From Stegostoma tigrinum (Eukaryota), in contig NC_081362.1 in assembly GCF_030684315.1 (NCBI RefSeq), forward strand, positions 97,649,323 to 97,713,322: a DNA stretch of 64,000 bases. The letters are read 5' to 3'. Below the pieces are notes generated by a model. The model saw only the letters and a program-made list of their open reading frames with translations, ran no database searches and had not been told where the DNA came from. The position numbers and the translations under genes were made by a program. Shown piece after piece: positions 24,485 to 38,277 of the stretch (position 1 is its first letter; every line of letters begins with the position of its first letter).

Positions 24485-27400
24485 TCACAGAGTCATAGAG
24501 CCATACAGCACGGAAACAGACCCTTCGGTCCAACTCGTCCATGCTGACCAGATATCCTAAATTAATCTGGCTCCATTTGCCAGCATTTGGCCCATGTCCC
24601 TCTAAACCCGTCCTATTCCTGTACCCATCCAGAAGCCTTTTAAATGTTGTAATTATGCCAGCCTTCACCACCTTCTCAGGCAGCTCACTCCATACATTCA
24701 CCACCCTCACCTTAAAACTACGCCCTCTAATTTTCGTCTCCCCACCCCCGTGAAAATACCTTGCCTATTTACCCCATCAATGCCCGTCAATTTTTATAAA
24801 CCTCCATAAAGTCACCCATCAGTCTCCATTGCTCCAGGAAACACAGTTCCAGCCTATTCAGCGTCTCTGCATGGCTCAAACCCTCCAACCCTGGCAATAT
24901 CCTTGTAAATCTTTTCTGAACCCTTTCAAGCTTCACAACATCCTTCCCATAGCAGGGGGACTAGAATTGAGCAGTTATTCCAAAAGAGGCTCTAAACAAT
25001 ATCCTGTACAGCTGCAACATGACCCTACCAACTCCTATACTCAATGCACTGACCAATAAAGACACATGTACCAAACATCTTCACTATCCTATCTACCTGC
25101 AAATCTACTTTTAAGGAACTATGAACCTGCACATGATGGTCTCTTTGTTCACCAACACTCACCAGGGCAGTAGCATTGAGTGTATAAATCCTGCCCTGAT
25201 TTGCCTTTTTAAAATGCAGAAATCAGATTAAATCAAACTCCGCCCACCACCCCTCACCCCATTAGCCCATTTGATCAAAATCCTGTTGTACTCTGAGGTA
25301 ATCTTCTTCCCTGTCCACTTCACCTCCAACTTTAGTGTAATCTGTAAACTTACTAACCACATCTCCTTTATGCACATCCCAATCATTTACGTAAATGATA
25401 AAAAGCAGTGGGCCCAGCACCAATCCCTGTGACACACCGCTGGTCACAGGCCTCCAGTCTGAAAAGCAACCCTCCATCAGCATCCTCTGTCTTATACCTT
25501 TGAGGCAGTTCTGTATCCAGATGGCTAGTTCTCCCTCTGTTCCATCTGATCTAACCTTACTAACCAGTCCGCCATCAGTAACCTGTTGAACACCTTACTG
25601 GAATTTGTATCAATCACATTCACCACTCTGCCCTCATCAATCCTCTTTGTTATTTCTTCAAAACACTCCAACAAATTTGTGGTCACAACTTCCACCACAG
25701 AGAGCCATGTTGACTGTCCCTGATCAGTCCTTGCCTTTCCACATACCGGCAGATCCAATACCGTAGAATTCTCACGAATGACTTGCCCACACTGATGTCA
25801 GGCTCACCAGTCTATAGGTCCCTGGCTTATCTTTACCACCTTTCTTCAATAACGGCACCATGTTTAGCCAACCTTCAGTCTTCCAGCACCTCACCTGTGA
25901 CGATCGATGATATAAATATCTCAGCAAGGGGCCGAGCAATCATTTCGCAAGTTTCCCACAGAGTTCTGGGGTACACCTGATCAGGTCCCAGGAATTTATC
26001 CATCTTTATGGAGTTTAAGGTGTCCAGCGCCTCCTCCTCTATAATGTGGACACTTTTTAAAAGATGTTGCAATTTATTTCCCCACGTTCCCTTTCTTCCG
26101 CATCCTTCTCCACAGTAAACGCTGGTGCATAATACTTATTCAGAATCTGCCCCATCTCCTGCAGTTCCACACATGAGCAGTCTTGCTGATAGTTAAGGCG
26201 TCCCATTCTCTCCCTATTACCCTTTTGTCCTTAATGTATTTGTACAATCCCTTTGGATTCTCCTCAAATTTACTTGCCAAAGTTATCTCATGTCCCCTTC
26301 TCGCCCTCCTAATTTCCACTATAAGTATACTTCTCCTGCTGTTATACTCTTCAATGGATTCATTCAATCACTGCGGTCTATACCTGACATATGCTTTCAT
26401 CTTTTTCTTGACCAGAACCTCAATTTCCCCAGTTATTGAACATTCCCTACACCTACCAGCCTTGCCCTTCACCCTAACAGGAACATGCTGTCTCTGGACT
26501 CTCGTTTTCTCATTTTTGAAGGCTTCCCATTTTTCAGCCATCCTTATACCTGCAAATATCCACCTCAATCGACTTTTGAAAGTTCTGGTTTAATACCATC
26601 AAAACTGGCCTTCTTCCAATTTATCTTTAACTTTTATTTTAAAACTAACAGAATTATGATCATTGATGCAAAGTGCTCTCCCAGTGACACCTCAGTCACT
26701 TGTCCTGCCTTATTTCCCAAGACTAGGTCACGTTTTGCTCCTTCTCCAGTAGGTACATCCACATGATCAGAAAGTTTTCTTGTACACACTGAGCACATTT
26801 CTCTCTGTCATGCAGATAACTGAGACCTCCTTCCAAATTTGTTTCTCAATTTCCTACTGACTATTGGTGAGCGGAGGGGGTTCAATAACGTGATCGTTCC
26901 TTTGTTATTTCTCAGTTCCACTCAAATAACTTCACTGGATGTATTTCCAGGAATATTCTCTGTAAGCACAGCCTTAATATTATCCTTAATCAAAACCACC
27001 ACTCCCCCCTCCTCTCTTGTTTGCCTTTCTATCCATTCTTTAGCATCTATACCCTGGAACATTAAGCTGCAAATCCTGCCCGTCCCTGAGCCAAGTCTCT
27101 GTAATCACCATGGTATCTCAGTCCCATGTTCCCAACCGTGCCCTGAGTTCATGTGCCTTACCTGTTAGACTTCTTGCATTGAAATAAATGCATTAATGTA
27201 TCAGTCTGACCTCGTTCTCTGCTTTCTTCCTGCCTGCTCTGACTGTTTGACTTGCTCCTTTTCCCCACTTTATCAGTCTCAGACTGATCTCTTTCCTCAC
27301 TATCTCGCTGGGTTACCACCCCCTCAGCCACCCCCTTCCCCACCCCCAATGCTAGTTTAACTCTACCTGAGCAGCTCAAGAAAATCTCCCCTCCAGTATA

Positions 27401-28200
27401 TCAATCCCCTTCCAATTCAGGTGTAACCCATCCTTTTTATAGAGGTCACTTCTCCCCCAGCAGAGATTCCAATGATCCAAAAATGTATATCCTTCTCCCC
27501 TGCACCAACTCCTCAGGCACACATTTGTCTGCTCTGTCCTCCTATTCCTACCCTTAACAGCACCAGGAATAATCCAGGTATCACTACCTTTGAGGACCTA
27601 ATTTTTAAATTCCTGCCTTGCTTCCTATATTCCCACCTCAGAATCTTATCTGTTGAGAATATTCTGTCCCATCTCCAGGATACCCTGGATCATGGCAACA
27701 GGGAGGTAACACGCCATTCTGATGCCTCATTGCTGGCCGCAGAAACATCTATTGCTGTCTCTGACCGGACAGTCCTCTATCACAATCAGTCGCTTGGAAC
27801 CTGACATGCCCCATGTTACTTTCCAGCCAGTCTTGGTACGAGATACCTGGCTGTCAGTAGCACTCAGTCCATCAGGCCCTACATTTTCCAAAACAGTGCA
27901 CTTGTTTTGAGATAGGGTCACCACAGGAGGCTCCTGCATGACCTGCCTCTCTCTCCTACTTTTCCTGGAGGCCACCCATCTCCCTGACTTTATCTCCTTT
28001 CCTGCAACTGCCATCCCTCACACTCCCTAGCTCCTGTAAATTCCTCATTGTCTCTGACTGCCATTTCAACAAGGCAATCCGGTTGGATTTGTAACCAAAC
28101 ACACTTCCTGCTGACGTAAGCATCAGTAACATGGAAACTCTCCCTAAACTCCCACATCCAACAGGAAGAGCACATCACTCTCCTAAAGGCCAGTTTAGCA
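24485..28200 (-). mobile_element. Old near full-length CR1 LINE (decayed ORF1 and ORF2), nested in an older + strand CR1
   Basis: ORF1 remnants (CSSCWMWE; RLIVIED.PVR) at 27727-28178 and RT remnants at 25262-26072. The host CR1 is visible at ~24100-24480 and ~28860-29390. Confidence 0.85.
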
Positions 28201-29668
28201 CCTTAACAATCTACAGACGCAGAAAATAGCTGCTTGAAAAACACTGCTCCAGGCTAAGAGTGCCTATGTTTTATGTTGTTAAAGTTTGTTCAGACAGGTC
28301 TCAATAATAACATATAAACTAAAAATGAACCATCTCTGCTCAGTATTGTACGTTAAAAAGAAAGCGAGGCACTAAGCTGCTCTCTGCCTGTGATCACCCC
28401 ACAGAGGCTTTTGAGAATTTAACTGTTTGTTTTATTTTAGACAAACTCCAATGTCCAGAAATACTTGATACTAGAGAGCACAGGCAGTATCTGTGAAGGT
28501 TCGCTGCTGGGTCTGACTGCAGTGCAAGTATCTGTCTCTGTTGTTTCACTTCCCACCATGTGGGCGCTGCATTTGTCTTCCTTCCTCCCTTTTTAAAGTG
28601 CCATTGTTTTCATCTGTTTTAGCAACATTACAAAAAAATGTAACAGGTTATGAAATAGTAATTACTGCTCCTGGAATTTAAGGGAATCCAGCTCCAAGAT
28701 TGAAAATACCTCAACTGCTTTTACAACCACAATTTATTCTCATCCTCCACCTTGAATTACCCCGAATCCTTTTGATCAGACCTTACTGCAAACAATATTT
28801 CAGAAATAGCTGTACATCTGGAAATGGAAAGGGGTGAGGAATTCAGGAACTCAGCAAATTGCAAAGGGCAGGGAAGGGGTAATGAGTAAATTGTTGGAGC
28901 TGTGACCCGACAAGAGCCCTACTCCTGTTAGCCTTCATCTAGAATCTTACAAGAAGTGCCTAGTGAAATTGTTGGAGCATTGGTATGAGTTTTCCAAAGA
29001 TCTCATGATTCAGGCAAGTTTGAACTTGGGTGGAAAATAACAAAGGCAATGCCCTTGTTTAAAAAGAGAGGGAGACAGGAACTAGGAAATCGCAGGCCTG
29101 TTGCTTAACATCTGTCAACAGATAAAATGCTAGAGGAGAAGGCAAGCATCTGGATAAATTCAAAGTAATCAAGCAGAGGCAACACAGGTTTGTGAGAGGA
29201 ATATCATGGTTAACCCATGTTATAGCAAAAGAGGAACCAGTAGATAGACTGTGTTGAGATTTCCAAAGAAATTTGATAAGGGGCCACCTCAAAGGGTACT
29301 GTGGAAGTTAAGAGGCTCGTGATGTTGGGGCAAACATATTGGCATGAATCGAAGATTGGTTAATTAACAAAAAGTAGAGATAAAATGTACAGGGGTCAGT
29401 TTTGTTTAGAACATAGAACATACAACATTACAGCACAGTACAGGCCCTTCGGCCCTCGATGTTGTGCCAACCTGTCATACCGATCTCAACCCATCTAACC
29501 TACACTATTCCATGTACGTCCATATGCTTGTCCAATGACGACTTAAATGTACCTAAATTTGGTGAATCTACTACCATTGCAGGCAAAGCATTCCATTCCC
29601 TTACTACTCTCTGAGTAAAGAAACCACCTCTGACATCTGTCCTATATCTTTCACCCCTCAATTTAAAG

Positions 29669-32205
29669 CTATGCTCTTCTCTCTAATGAAAACAGCCTCA
29701 AGTTCCTCAGCCTTTCCTCGTAAGACCTTCCCTCCATACCAGGCGACTTCCTAGTAAATCTCCTCTGCAGCGTTTCCAAAGCTTCCACATCCTTCTTATA
29801 ATGCGGTGACCAGAACTGGACACAATACTCCAAGTGCAGCCGCAACAGAGTTTCGTATAGCTGCAGCATAACCTCTTGGTTCCAGAACTCGATCCCTCTA
29901 TTAATAAAAGCTAAAACACTGCATGCCTTCTTAACAGCCCTGTCAACCTGGGTGGCAACTTTCAAGGATCTGTGTACATGGACACCGAGATCTCTCTGCT
30001 CATCTATACTACCAAGAATCTTACCATTAGCCCTGTACTTTGCATTCCGGTTACTCCTACCAAAGTGCATCACCTCACACTTGTCTGCATTAAACTCCAT
30101 TTGCCACCTGTCAGCCCAGCTCTGCAGCTTATCTATGTCTCTCTGCAACCTACAGCATCCTTCGTCACTATCCACAACTCCACCGACCTGAGTGTCGTCT
30201 GCAAATTTACTAACCCATGCTTCTATGCCCTCATCCAGGTCATTTATAAAAATGACAAACAGCAGTGGACCCAACACCGACCCTTGCGGTACACCACTAG
30301 TAACTGGTCTCCAGGATGAACATTTCCCATCAACCACCACCCTCTGTCTTCCTTCAGCAAGCCAATTTCCAACCCAAACTGCTATACCTCCCACAATTCC
30401 ATTCGTCCACATTTTGTACAATAGCCTATTGTGGGGAGCCTTATCGAACACCTTGCTGAAATCCATATACACCACATCAACCGGTTTACTCTCATCTACC
30501 TGTTTGGTCACCCTCTCAAAGAACTCAATAAGGTTTGTGAGGCACGACCTACCCTTCACAAAACCGTGCTGACTATCCCTAATCAATTTATTCTTTTCTA
30601 GATGATTATAAATCCTATCTCTTATAACCTTTTCCAACACTTTACCAACAACTGAAGTAAGGCTCACTGGCCTATAATTACCAGGGTTGTCTCTACTCCC
30701 CTTCTTGAACAGGGGAACCACATTTGCTATCCTCCAGTCATCTGGCACTGTTCCTGTAGTCAATGACGAGTTAAAGATCATTGCCAAAGGCTCGGCAATC
30801 TCCTCCCTGGCTTCCCAGAGGATCTGAGGATAAATCCCATCTGGCCCAGGGGACTTATCTATCTTCACCCTCTGTAGGATTTCTAATACCTCTTCCTTGT
30901 GAACCTCAATCCCACCTGGTCTAGTAGCCTGTATCTCAGTATTCTCCTCAACAACATTGTCGCTTTCTAGAGTGAATACTGCCGAATAATATTCATTCAG
31001 TGCTTCCCCTATCTCCTCTGACTCCGCACACAACTTCCCACTACTATCCTTGATTGGCCCTAATCTTACTCTCGTCATTCTTTTATTCCTTAAATACATA
31101 TAAATTACCCTGATCCTATCCACCAACAACTTCTCATGTCTCCTCCTGGCTGTTCTGAGCTCTCTCTTTAGGTCTTTCCTGGCTACCCCATAGCCCTCAA
31201 GCGCCCTAACTAAGCCTTCACATCTCATCCTAACATAAGCCTTCTTCTTCCTTTTGACCAGAGATTCCACTTCCTTTGTAAACCATGGCTCCCACACTCT
31301 ACAGCTTCCTCCCTGCCTGACAGGTACATACTTATCTAGGACACACAGGAGCTTTTCCTTGAGTAAGCTCCACATTTCTAATGTGCCCATCCCCTGCAGT
31401 TTCCTTCCCCATCCTATGCTCCCTAAATCTTGCCTAATCTCATCGTAATTGCCTTTCTCCCAGCTATAACTCTTGTCCAGTGGTATATACCTTCCCTTTC
31501 CATCACTAAGGTAAACATAACAGAATTGTGATCGCTATCACCAAAGTGCTCACCTACTTCCAAATCTAACACCTGGCCAGGCTCATTACCCAATACCAAA
31601 TCTAATGTGGCTTCGCCCCTTGTTGGCCTATCCACATACTGTGTCAGGAAGCCCTCCTGCACACACTGGACAAAAACTGACCCATCTATAGTACTCGAAC
31701 TATAGTGTTCCCAGTCAATATTTGGAAAGTTGAAGTCCCCCATGACAACTACCCTGTCTCTCTCACTCCTATCGAGAATCATCTTTGCTATCCTTTCCTC
31801 TACATCTCTGGAATTATTTGGAGGCCTATAGAAAACTCCCAACAGGGTGACCTCTCCTTTTCTGTTTCTAACCTCAGCCCATACTACCTTAGTTGACGGG
31901 TCCCCAAACATCCTTTCTGCAACTGTTATACTGTCCTTCACCAACAATGCCACTCCTCCTCCCCTTTTACCATCTTCTCTGTTCTTACTGAAACATCTAA
32001 ATCCCGGAACCTGCTACAACCATTCCTGTCCCTGCTCTATCCATGTCTCCGAAATGGCCACAACATCGAAGTCCCAGGTATTAACCCATGCTGCAAGTTC
32101 ACCCACCTTATTCCGGGCGCTCCTGGCGTTGAAGTAGACACACTTCAATCCAACTTCTTGCTTGCCGGTGCCATCTTGCGTCCCTGAAACTTTATTTCGG
32201 ACCAC
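29669..32205 (-). pseudogene. CR1 ORF2 (APE endonuclease + RT), split over three ORFs
   Basis: YFNARS..ISETW, YRPP, GDFN, DSDH; QHGF, DFSK.FD, PQGSVLGP, FADD. Confidence 0.93.
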
Positions 32206-32222
32206 CCTACTCTCAACCTTTT

Positions 32223-33206
32223 CTATAGTCGAACTACAATTTTGGTGCCCATCCCCCTGCTGAATTCGTTTAAACCCACCCGAATAGCCTTAGCAACTTT
32301 CCCCCCCAGGATATCGGTACCCCTCTGGTTCAGGTGAAGACCATCTTGCTTGTAGAGGTCCCACCTCCCCCAGAAAGACCCCCAATTATTCAATAATCCA
32401 AAACCCTCTTTCCTGCACCATCCCTGTAGCCACATGTTCAACTCCTCTCTCTCCCTATTCCTCGCCTCACTAGCACGTGGCACGGGCAACAAACCAGAGA
32501 CAACAACTCTGTTCGTCCTAGCTCTCAGCTTCCATCCTAGCTCCCTGAATTTCTGCCTTAAATCCCCATCTCTCTTCCTACCTATGTCGTTGGTGCCAAT
32601 GTGGACCACGACTTGGGGCTGCTCCCCCTCCCCCTTAAGGATCCCAAAAACATGATCAGAGACATCACGCACCCTGGCACCTGGGAGGCAACACACCAAC
32701 CATGAATCTCTCTTGTACCCACAGAACCTCCGATCTGTCCCCCTAACTATGGAGTCCCCAATGACTAATGCTCTGCTCCTCTTCCTCCTTCCCTTCTGAG
32801 CAGCAGGGACAGACTCTGTGCCAGAGACCTGTGCCCCACTGCTTTCCCCTGGTAAGTCGTCCCCTGCAACAGTATCCAAAACGGTATACTTATTGTTGAG
32901 GGGAATGGCCACAGGGGATCCCTGCACTGCCTGCCGGTTCCCTTTTTGTCCCCTGACCATAACCCATCTGCCTTTTTCTTGTACTTGAGGAGTGACTACC
33001 TCCCTGTAACTCCTCTCAATAACCCCCTCTGCCTCCCGAATGATCCGAAGTTCATCCAGCTCCAGCTCCAGTTCCTTAACGCGGTTTTGGAGGAGCTGGA
33101 GTTGGGTGCACTTCCCACAAATGTAGTCAGCAGGGACACTAGTGGTGACCCTTACCTCCCACATTCTGCAGGAGGAGCATTCAACTGCCCTGACCTCCGT
33201 TCCCAT
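32223..33206 (-). CDS. CR1 ORF1 (CxxC zinc motifs, coiled coil, SGNH esterase domain)
   Basis: CSSC..CGKC, LVIGDSIVRG, VVHIGTND, DGLHLN. Confidence 0.93.
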   Translation of the reverse strand: MGTEVRAVECSSCRMWEVRVTTSVPADYICGKCTQLQLLQNRVKELELELDELRIIREAEGVIERSYREVVTPQVQEKGRWVMVRGQKGNRQAVQGSPVAIPLNNKYTVLDTVAGDDLPGESSGAQVSGTESVPAAQKGRRKRSRALVIGDSIVRGTDRRFCGYKRDSWLVCCLPGARVRDVSDHVFGILKGEGEQPQVVVHIGTNDIGRKRDGDLRQKFRELGWKLRARTNRVVVSGLLPVPRASEARNREREELNMWLQGWCRKEGFGLLNNWGSFWGRWDLYKQDGLHLNQRGTDILGGKVAKAIRVGLNEFSRGMGTKIVVRL

Positions 33207-34687
33207 TATTCTAAATTCCCAAAGAGACTGTTAAAAAATAAAGAATAAAAAATAAACTTGTTACCTTACCAATCAGGCACACAGAACCTTTTTTTTTGGT
33301 TAGAGGAGGAGGATGGGAGACACTACCCGGGTAGTGTTTCGGGTAACGCAACCACACAAATATATTACCTCACTCACTCACCAGTCCCGTGTCTGCTCCT
33401 GCTCAGTGTCCCTCCGCCTATTCACGGTAAGTTTTTAAATCAGTGACTCACCTTCCTGGCAGCTACCTGGTCGATGCTCCCGCTCCTTCAGCTGCTGAAA
33501 CATTATATCTTAGCAAGACATAATGTGTGGTATGCCAATCTAAGCAAAATCTAAATACAATACATCCACTTGTTCCCCTTTATCTACAGCTCAATTATTT
33601 CTTCAAAGATCTCCAATAAATCAGTTAAACATGATTTCCCTTTGACAAAGCCATTTCGGCCTGACCTGATCAGCTTAAGTATATCCGAGTGGACTGTTCT
33701 AACAGGTAACAGCCAGAAGAGTGGTAAGGGCATGGAACGCTCTGCCTGCCAATGTAGTTAACCCAGACACATTATGGGCATTTAAACAGTCCTTGGATAA
33801 GCATATGGATAATGATGGGATAGTGTAGAGGGAGGGGCTTAGATTAGTTCACAGGTCGGTGCAACATCGAGGGCCGAAGGGCCTGTTGTGCGCTGTATTG
33901 TTCTATGTTCTATGTTCTGTAAGAGTGAAAACAGCCCATGTGCTGAGGGCATCAGTCCAGGTATGAAAGGTCATGTGTTTTGCAGAGCAATGAGATTAAC
34001 AAGCTAGAGTATAAGGATGGGATGACACTGTCAGGGTCATCGGGTTCTGTTGAGAGAAGGAGGCAGAGTTCTAAGCTGGTGTGTAGAGAATGTGGCTCAA
34101 AAGGGCTGGAAATGAAAAGATCCTGCAAAATATTCTGTAGCTTCTAACACCATTGTTTCGGAAGATGTTTTACACTTGGACCCCACACACATCAATGAGA
34201 CATTGTGACAGTGGAATAGGCATTGAATTCAGCAATTGGAAAGAGACTTGTGTTTAAGTGGCAAAGAGAAATTGTACGAAAACTGATCAGAGCTTACCCA
34301 AACATCAGGGGAACAGCAGAATGCAGACGCAGCAGTATGCACCGAGCTGAAGCAGTGTGCAGAACGAAAGCACAGTCGCAGGGGAAAGGACAGATCCAGT
34401 GGGGTGTTTTTATTTGGCATCTTCCAACAAACATGCCAACAGCCTATCGGGGTTATAGTCTGTACCATATGAGTTAGATTTCTTTAATCCTGAACTTATC
34501 TTTGATTTTGAACAGGTGTTTCAGAATTTTCCAGATTATCTTTGGATCTTTCTGATCATTCACAGAATTGTTGGATTTCTTAGTTTAGTGAATCCCATCA
34601 TGTCAATGGCAAGCAAGAATCCTGGAATTCTTTTTGTGGGATTATCTCTCACTTGCCCAGTAAACTAGAACTGCATGTACTGTTTCA

Positions 34688-36040
34688 GAGATAATGTGAA
34701 CTGCAGATGCTGGAGAATCCAAGATAACAAAGTGTGGACCTGATGAACACAGCAGGCCCAGCAGCATCTTAGGAGCACAAAAGCTGACATTTCAGGCCTA
34801 GACCCTTCATCAGAAACGGGGGAGGGGGAGAGGATTCTGAAATAAATAGGGAGAGAGAGGGAGGTGGATTGAAGATGGATAGAGGAGAAGATAGGTGGAG
34901 AGGAGGCAGACAAGTTAAAGAGGCGGGGATGGAGCCTGTAGAGGTGAGTATGGGTGGGGAGGTGGGGAGGGGATAGGTCAGTCCAGGGAGGACGGACAGG
35001 TCAAGGGGGTGGGATGAGGTTAGTAGGTAGGAAATGAAGGTGCGGCTTGAGATGGGAGGAGGGGCTAGGTGAGAGGAAGAACAGGTTAGGGAGGCGGGGT
35101 ACGAGCTGGGCTGGTTTTGGGATGCGGTGGGGGGAGGGGAGATTTTGAAGCTTGTGAAGTACACATTGATACCATTGGGCTGCAGCGTTCCCAAGCGGAA
35201 TATGAGTTGCTGTTCCCGCAACCTTCGGGTGGCATCATTGTGGCACTGCAGGAGGCCCAGGATGGCCATGTCGTCTAAGGAATGGGAGGGGGAGTTAAAA
35301 TGGTTCGCGATTGGGAGGTGCAGTTGTTTATTGCAAACCGAGCAGAGGTGTTCTGCAAAGCAGTCCCCAAGCCTCCACTTGGTTTCCCCAATGTAGAGGA
35401 AGTCACACCAGGTACAATGGATACAATATACCACATTGGCAGACGTGCAGGTGAACATCTGCTTAATATGGAAAGTCATCTTGGGGCCTGGGATGGGGGT
35501 GAGGGAGGAGTTGTGGGGGCAAGCGTAGCACTTCCTGCGGTTGCAGGGGAAGGTGCCAGGTGTGGTGGGGTTGGAGGGGAGTGTGGAGCGGACAAGGGAG
35601 TCGCGGAGAGAGTGGTCTCTCCGGAAGGCAGTCAAGGGTGGGGATGGAAAAATATCTTGGGTGGTGGGGTCGGATTGTAGATGGCGGAAGTGTCGGAGGA
35701 TGATACATTGTATCCGGAGGTTGGTGGGGTGGTATGTGAGAACGAGGGGGATCGTCTGGGGGCAGTTTAGGTGGGGGGGGTGTGGTGTGAGGGATGTGTT
35801 GCGGGAAATGTGGGAGACGCGGTCAAGGGCGTTCTCGACCACTGCGCGGGGATAGTTGTGGTCCTTGAAGATCGCAGGCATCTGGGATGTGCGGGAGTGG
35901 AATGCCTCATCCTGAGAGCAGATGCGGCAGAGGTGAAGGAATTGGGAATAGGGGATGGAATTTTGGCAGGAAGGTGGGTGGGAGGAGGTGTATTCCAGGT
36001 AGCTGTGGGAGTCAGTAGGCTTGAAATGGATATTGGTTTC
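34688..36040 (-). mobile_element. 5'-truncated Penelope-like element (RT thumb + GIY-YIG + tail)
   Basis: FKPTDSHSYL..HP, VVYCIHC..LYIGETK and the family 3' tail. Confidence 0.93.
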
Positions 36041-37047
36041 TAGGGGGTTGCCTACTTCAGTAAATGCTAGACTGCATGCTGCCCATTGAATAATGAGATT
36101 TTTGTTCCTCATGGCTCCATTTTAAAACTTGTGCACTGTGTTAGTTTGAGCTGTGTGGAAATTGAAAGTACTCTTTCCCTGGTGTTTCATTTTTCAGAAT
36201 TGCAGTCTTGTGGCTTTCTGCCCGTACATGGTGTTCATACTAAAATAAAAGGATTAATGGAAAACAGCAGGTTTTGTGTTTGAATCTTTGCTCGGATTTG
36301 GAGAAAGTAGCAATGTCTGGACACAGGCAGCCTTTTAAATGTAGAAACCCACTTTTTTACTGCTTTCGAAGAATGGTTTTGTCCAGGAGCATTTGGGAGG
36401 TCTGTTTTCAGGAGCATTTAACTCTGTTTCCATTTAACTGGGTCAGTGGCTTCTTTTCTCTGACAGATGGAGAATGCTGAAAGTGAACAGCTCTCAGTCA
36501 TGGTCTAAAGTCTGAGATGGAGAAGAGATGAAGTGAAACTCTTGAAGGAGACAGGGGTAGCTTTTCAATGTAACAGCTCCAAGGAAATGCTGTTAGAAAG
36601 TAAAAATAAGTCAACAATCTGAAAGTCTTTGAATGATGAACACTGTTGCAAAATGTCAAAGGACTTAAAAAAAAAATTTTTCTTTTGATTTTCTCATGGA
36701 AACAATTCGCATAAACTGAAATTAAATGCATAAAGCAAAAGAAAATAGAAACAGAAACAAAAGAAAATAGAAACAGAAACAACTTTGCAGAGCTAACGTC
36801 TCGTGGTAACAATGGAGATAAAGCTGAGGGATTGACAGGACTGGAAATTCAAATTCCTCAGCATGACCCTCAGGAGAGAGCAGGAAGTTAAAAATAGGGA
36901 GGTACTTGCATTAATGACGGATCTTGGAGTGTAAGGCTTCATGATGGGCACAGACACGTGGGCTGGAGGGTTTGTTCCTGTACTGTCCTGTGTTCTCATG
37001 GTCTCTCTCTCGCTCTGGACCAGGAGAGCCCATAATTTGCTGTGGCA

Positions 37048-37063
37048 GGGCCCCCTAGTGGTA
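37048..37063 (-). promoter_or_regulatory. CTCF-like motif
   Basis: Minus strand reads CCACTAGGGGGCCC, matching the CTCF core CCASYAGRKGGC. Confidence 0.5.
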
Positions 37064-37144
37064 TGAGAATGCTGTTACATGTTTAGCTTTCAGCACTTTG
37101 CCTTTGGATTGATTGAAGTGAAAAAGGTAACATCAGTGTAAGGG

Positions 37145-37736
37145 CAGTGCTACAATGATGCCACCCGAAGGTTGCAGGAACAGCAACTCATATTCCACTT
37201 GGGAACCCTGCAGCCCAATGGTATCAATGTGGACTTCACAAGGTTCAAAATCTCCCCTTCCCCAACTGCATCCCAAAACCAGCCCAGTTCGTCCCCTCCC
37301 CCCACTGCACCACACAACCAGCCCAGCTCTTCCCCTCCCCCCACTACATCCCAAAACCAGCCCAGCCTGTCTCTGCCTCCCTAACCTGTTCTTCCTCTCA
37401 CCCATCCCTTCCTCCCACCTCAAGCCGCACCTCCATCTCCTACCTACTAACCTCATCCCGCCTCCTTGACCTGTCCGTCTTCCCTGGACTGACCTATCCC
37501 CTCCCCACCTCCTCACCTATACTCTCTCCACCTATCTTCTTTTCTCTCCATCTTCGGCCCGCCTCCCCCTCTCTCCCTGTTTATTCCAGAACCCTCTCCC
37601 CAACCCCCTCTCTGATGAAGGGTCTAGGCCCGAAACGTTAGCTTTTGTGCTCCTGAGATGCTGCTTGGCCTGCTGTGTTCATCCAGCTCCACACTTTGTT
37701 ATCTCGGATTCTCCAGCAAATGCAGTTCCCATCATC
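37145..37736 (+). mobile_element. Penelope 3' fragment with 15-bp TSD
   Basis: acatcagtgtaaggg on both flanks; hammerhead-like core at 37612-37639. Confidence 0.92.
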
Positions 37737-37938
37737 ACATCAGTGTAAGGGAACTGGTTTCAGGATCGGACCACACAGCACGAGCAGTCCCACTGGAGAA
37801 TGAATGGCTTGTCCTCCACTCTCATCGAGGCCCAGTTTACCAAGTGCCTTCGCAATGCCATTGTGCTGGAATGCAGCATCTACGAGCGGCCTCTATAATT
37901 CCGTACAGTTACACAACAAGGAATAACTAGGTACTTAC

Positions 37939-38277
37939 CGATGATATTGATCTGGGTTCCGTTCCCATACACATCACCCCACACTTTACAGTAATACACA
38001 GTTGCATCTTCAGGTTGAATGTTTGTGACTATTAGAGTGGCAACACGACTGGCGATATCGCTGGTAGAATTAAAATGTCCCTGAAAATGTTTATTCACTT
38101 CCACAATGCCATTAGCACGGTGTGACACAACCCACTGATACCCTGTCAGGTTACGTCGTTGCCAGTGTAAATCAGTCTTCTCCAAATCGATACCCGGCAC
38201 AGAGCAGTTTACCGCAGCAGTCTGACTCACTCTGACATTCAGCATCGGTGACTGAGCTGGGACAGGAAAATCTCTGC
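37939..38277 (-). CDS. IgSF V-set exon with germline-joined J-like segment (VJ)
   Basis: Acceptor ttctgttccag|GC and donor ATCG|gtaagt; 339 nt, phase 1-1. AQSP..TAAVNC..LHWQR..ATLIVTNIQPEDATVYYC-KVWGDV-YGNGTQINII; YGNGT matches the J motif (F/W)GxGT. No RSS between the V and J parts. Confidence 0.93.

Larger units (their letters stand above)
29408..33495 (-). mobile_element. Near full-length young CR1 (HER1-like) LINE
   Basis: Intact ORF1, ORF2 with a few disruptions, and a (ctatgtt)n-type tail. Confidence 0.96.

Noticed and set aside
34298-34346. AG/GTAAGC-bounded 49-nt candidate hinge exon
   Set aside because: Length is not a multiple of three and would break the VJ-TM frame.
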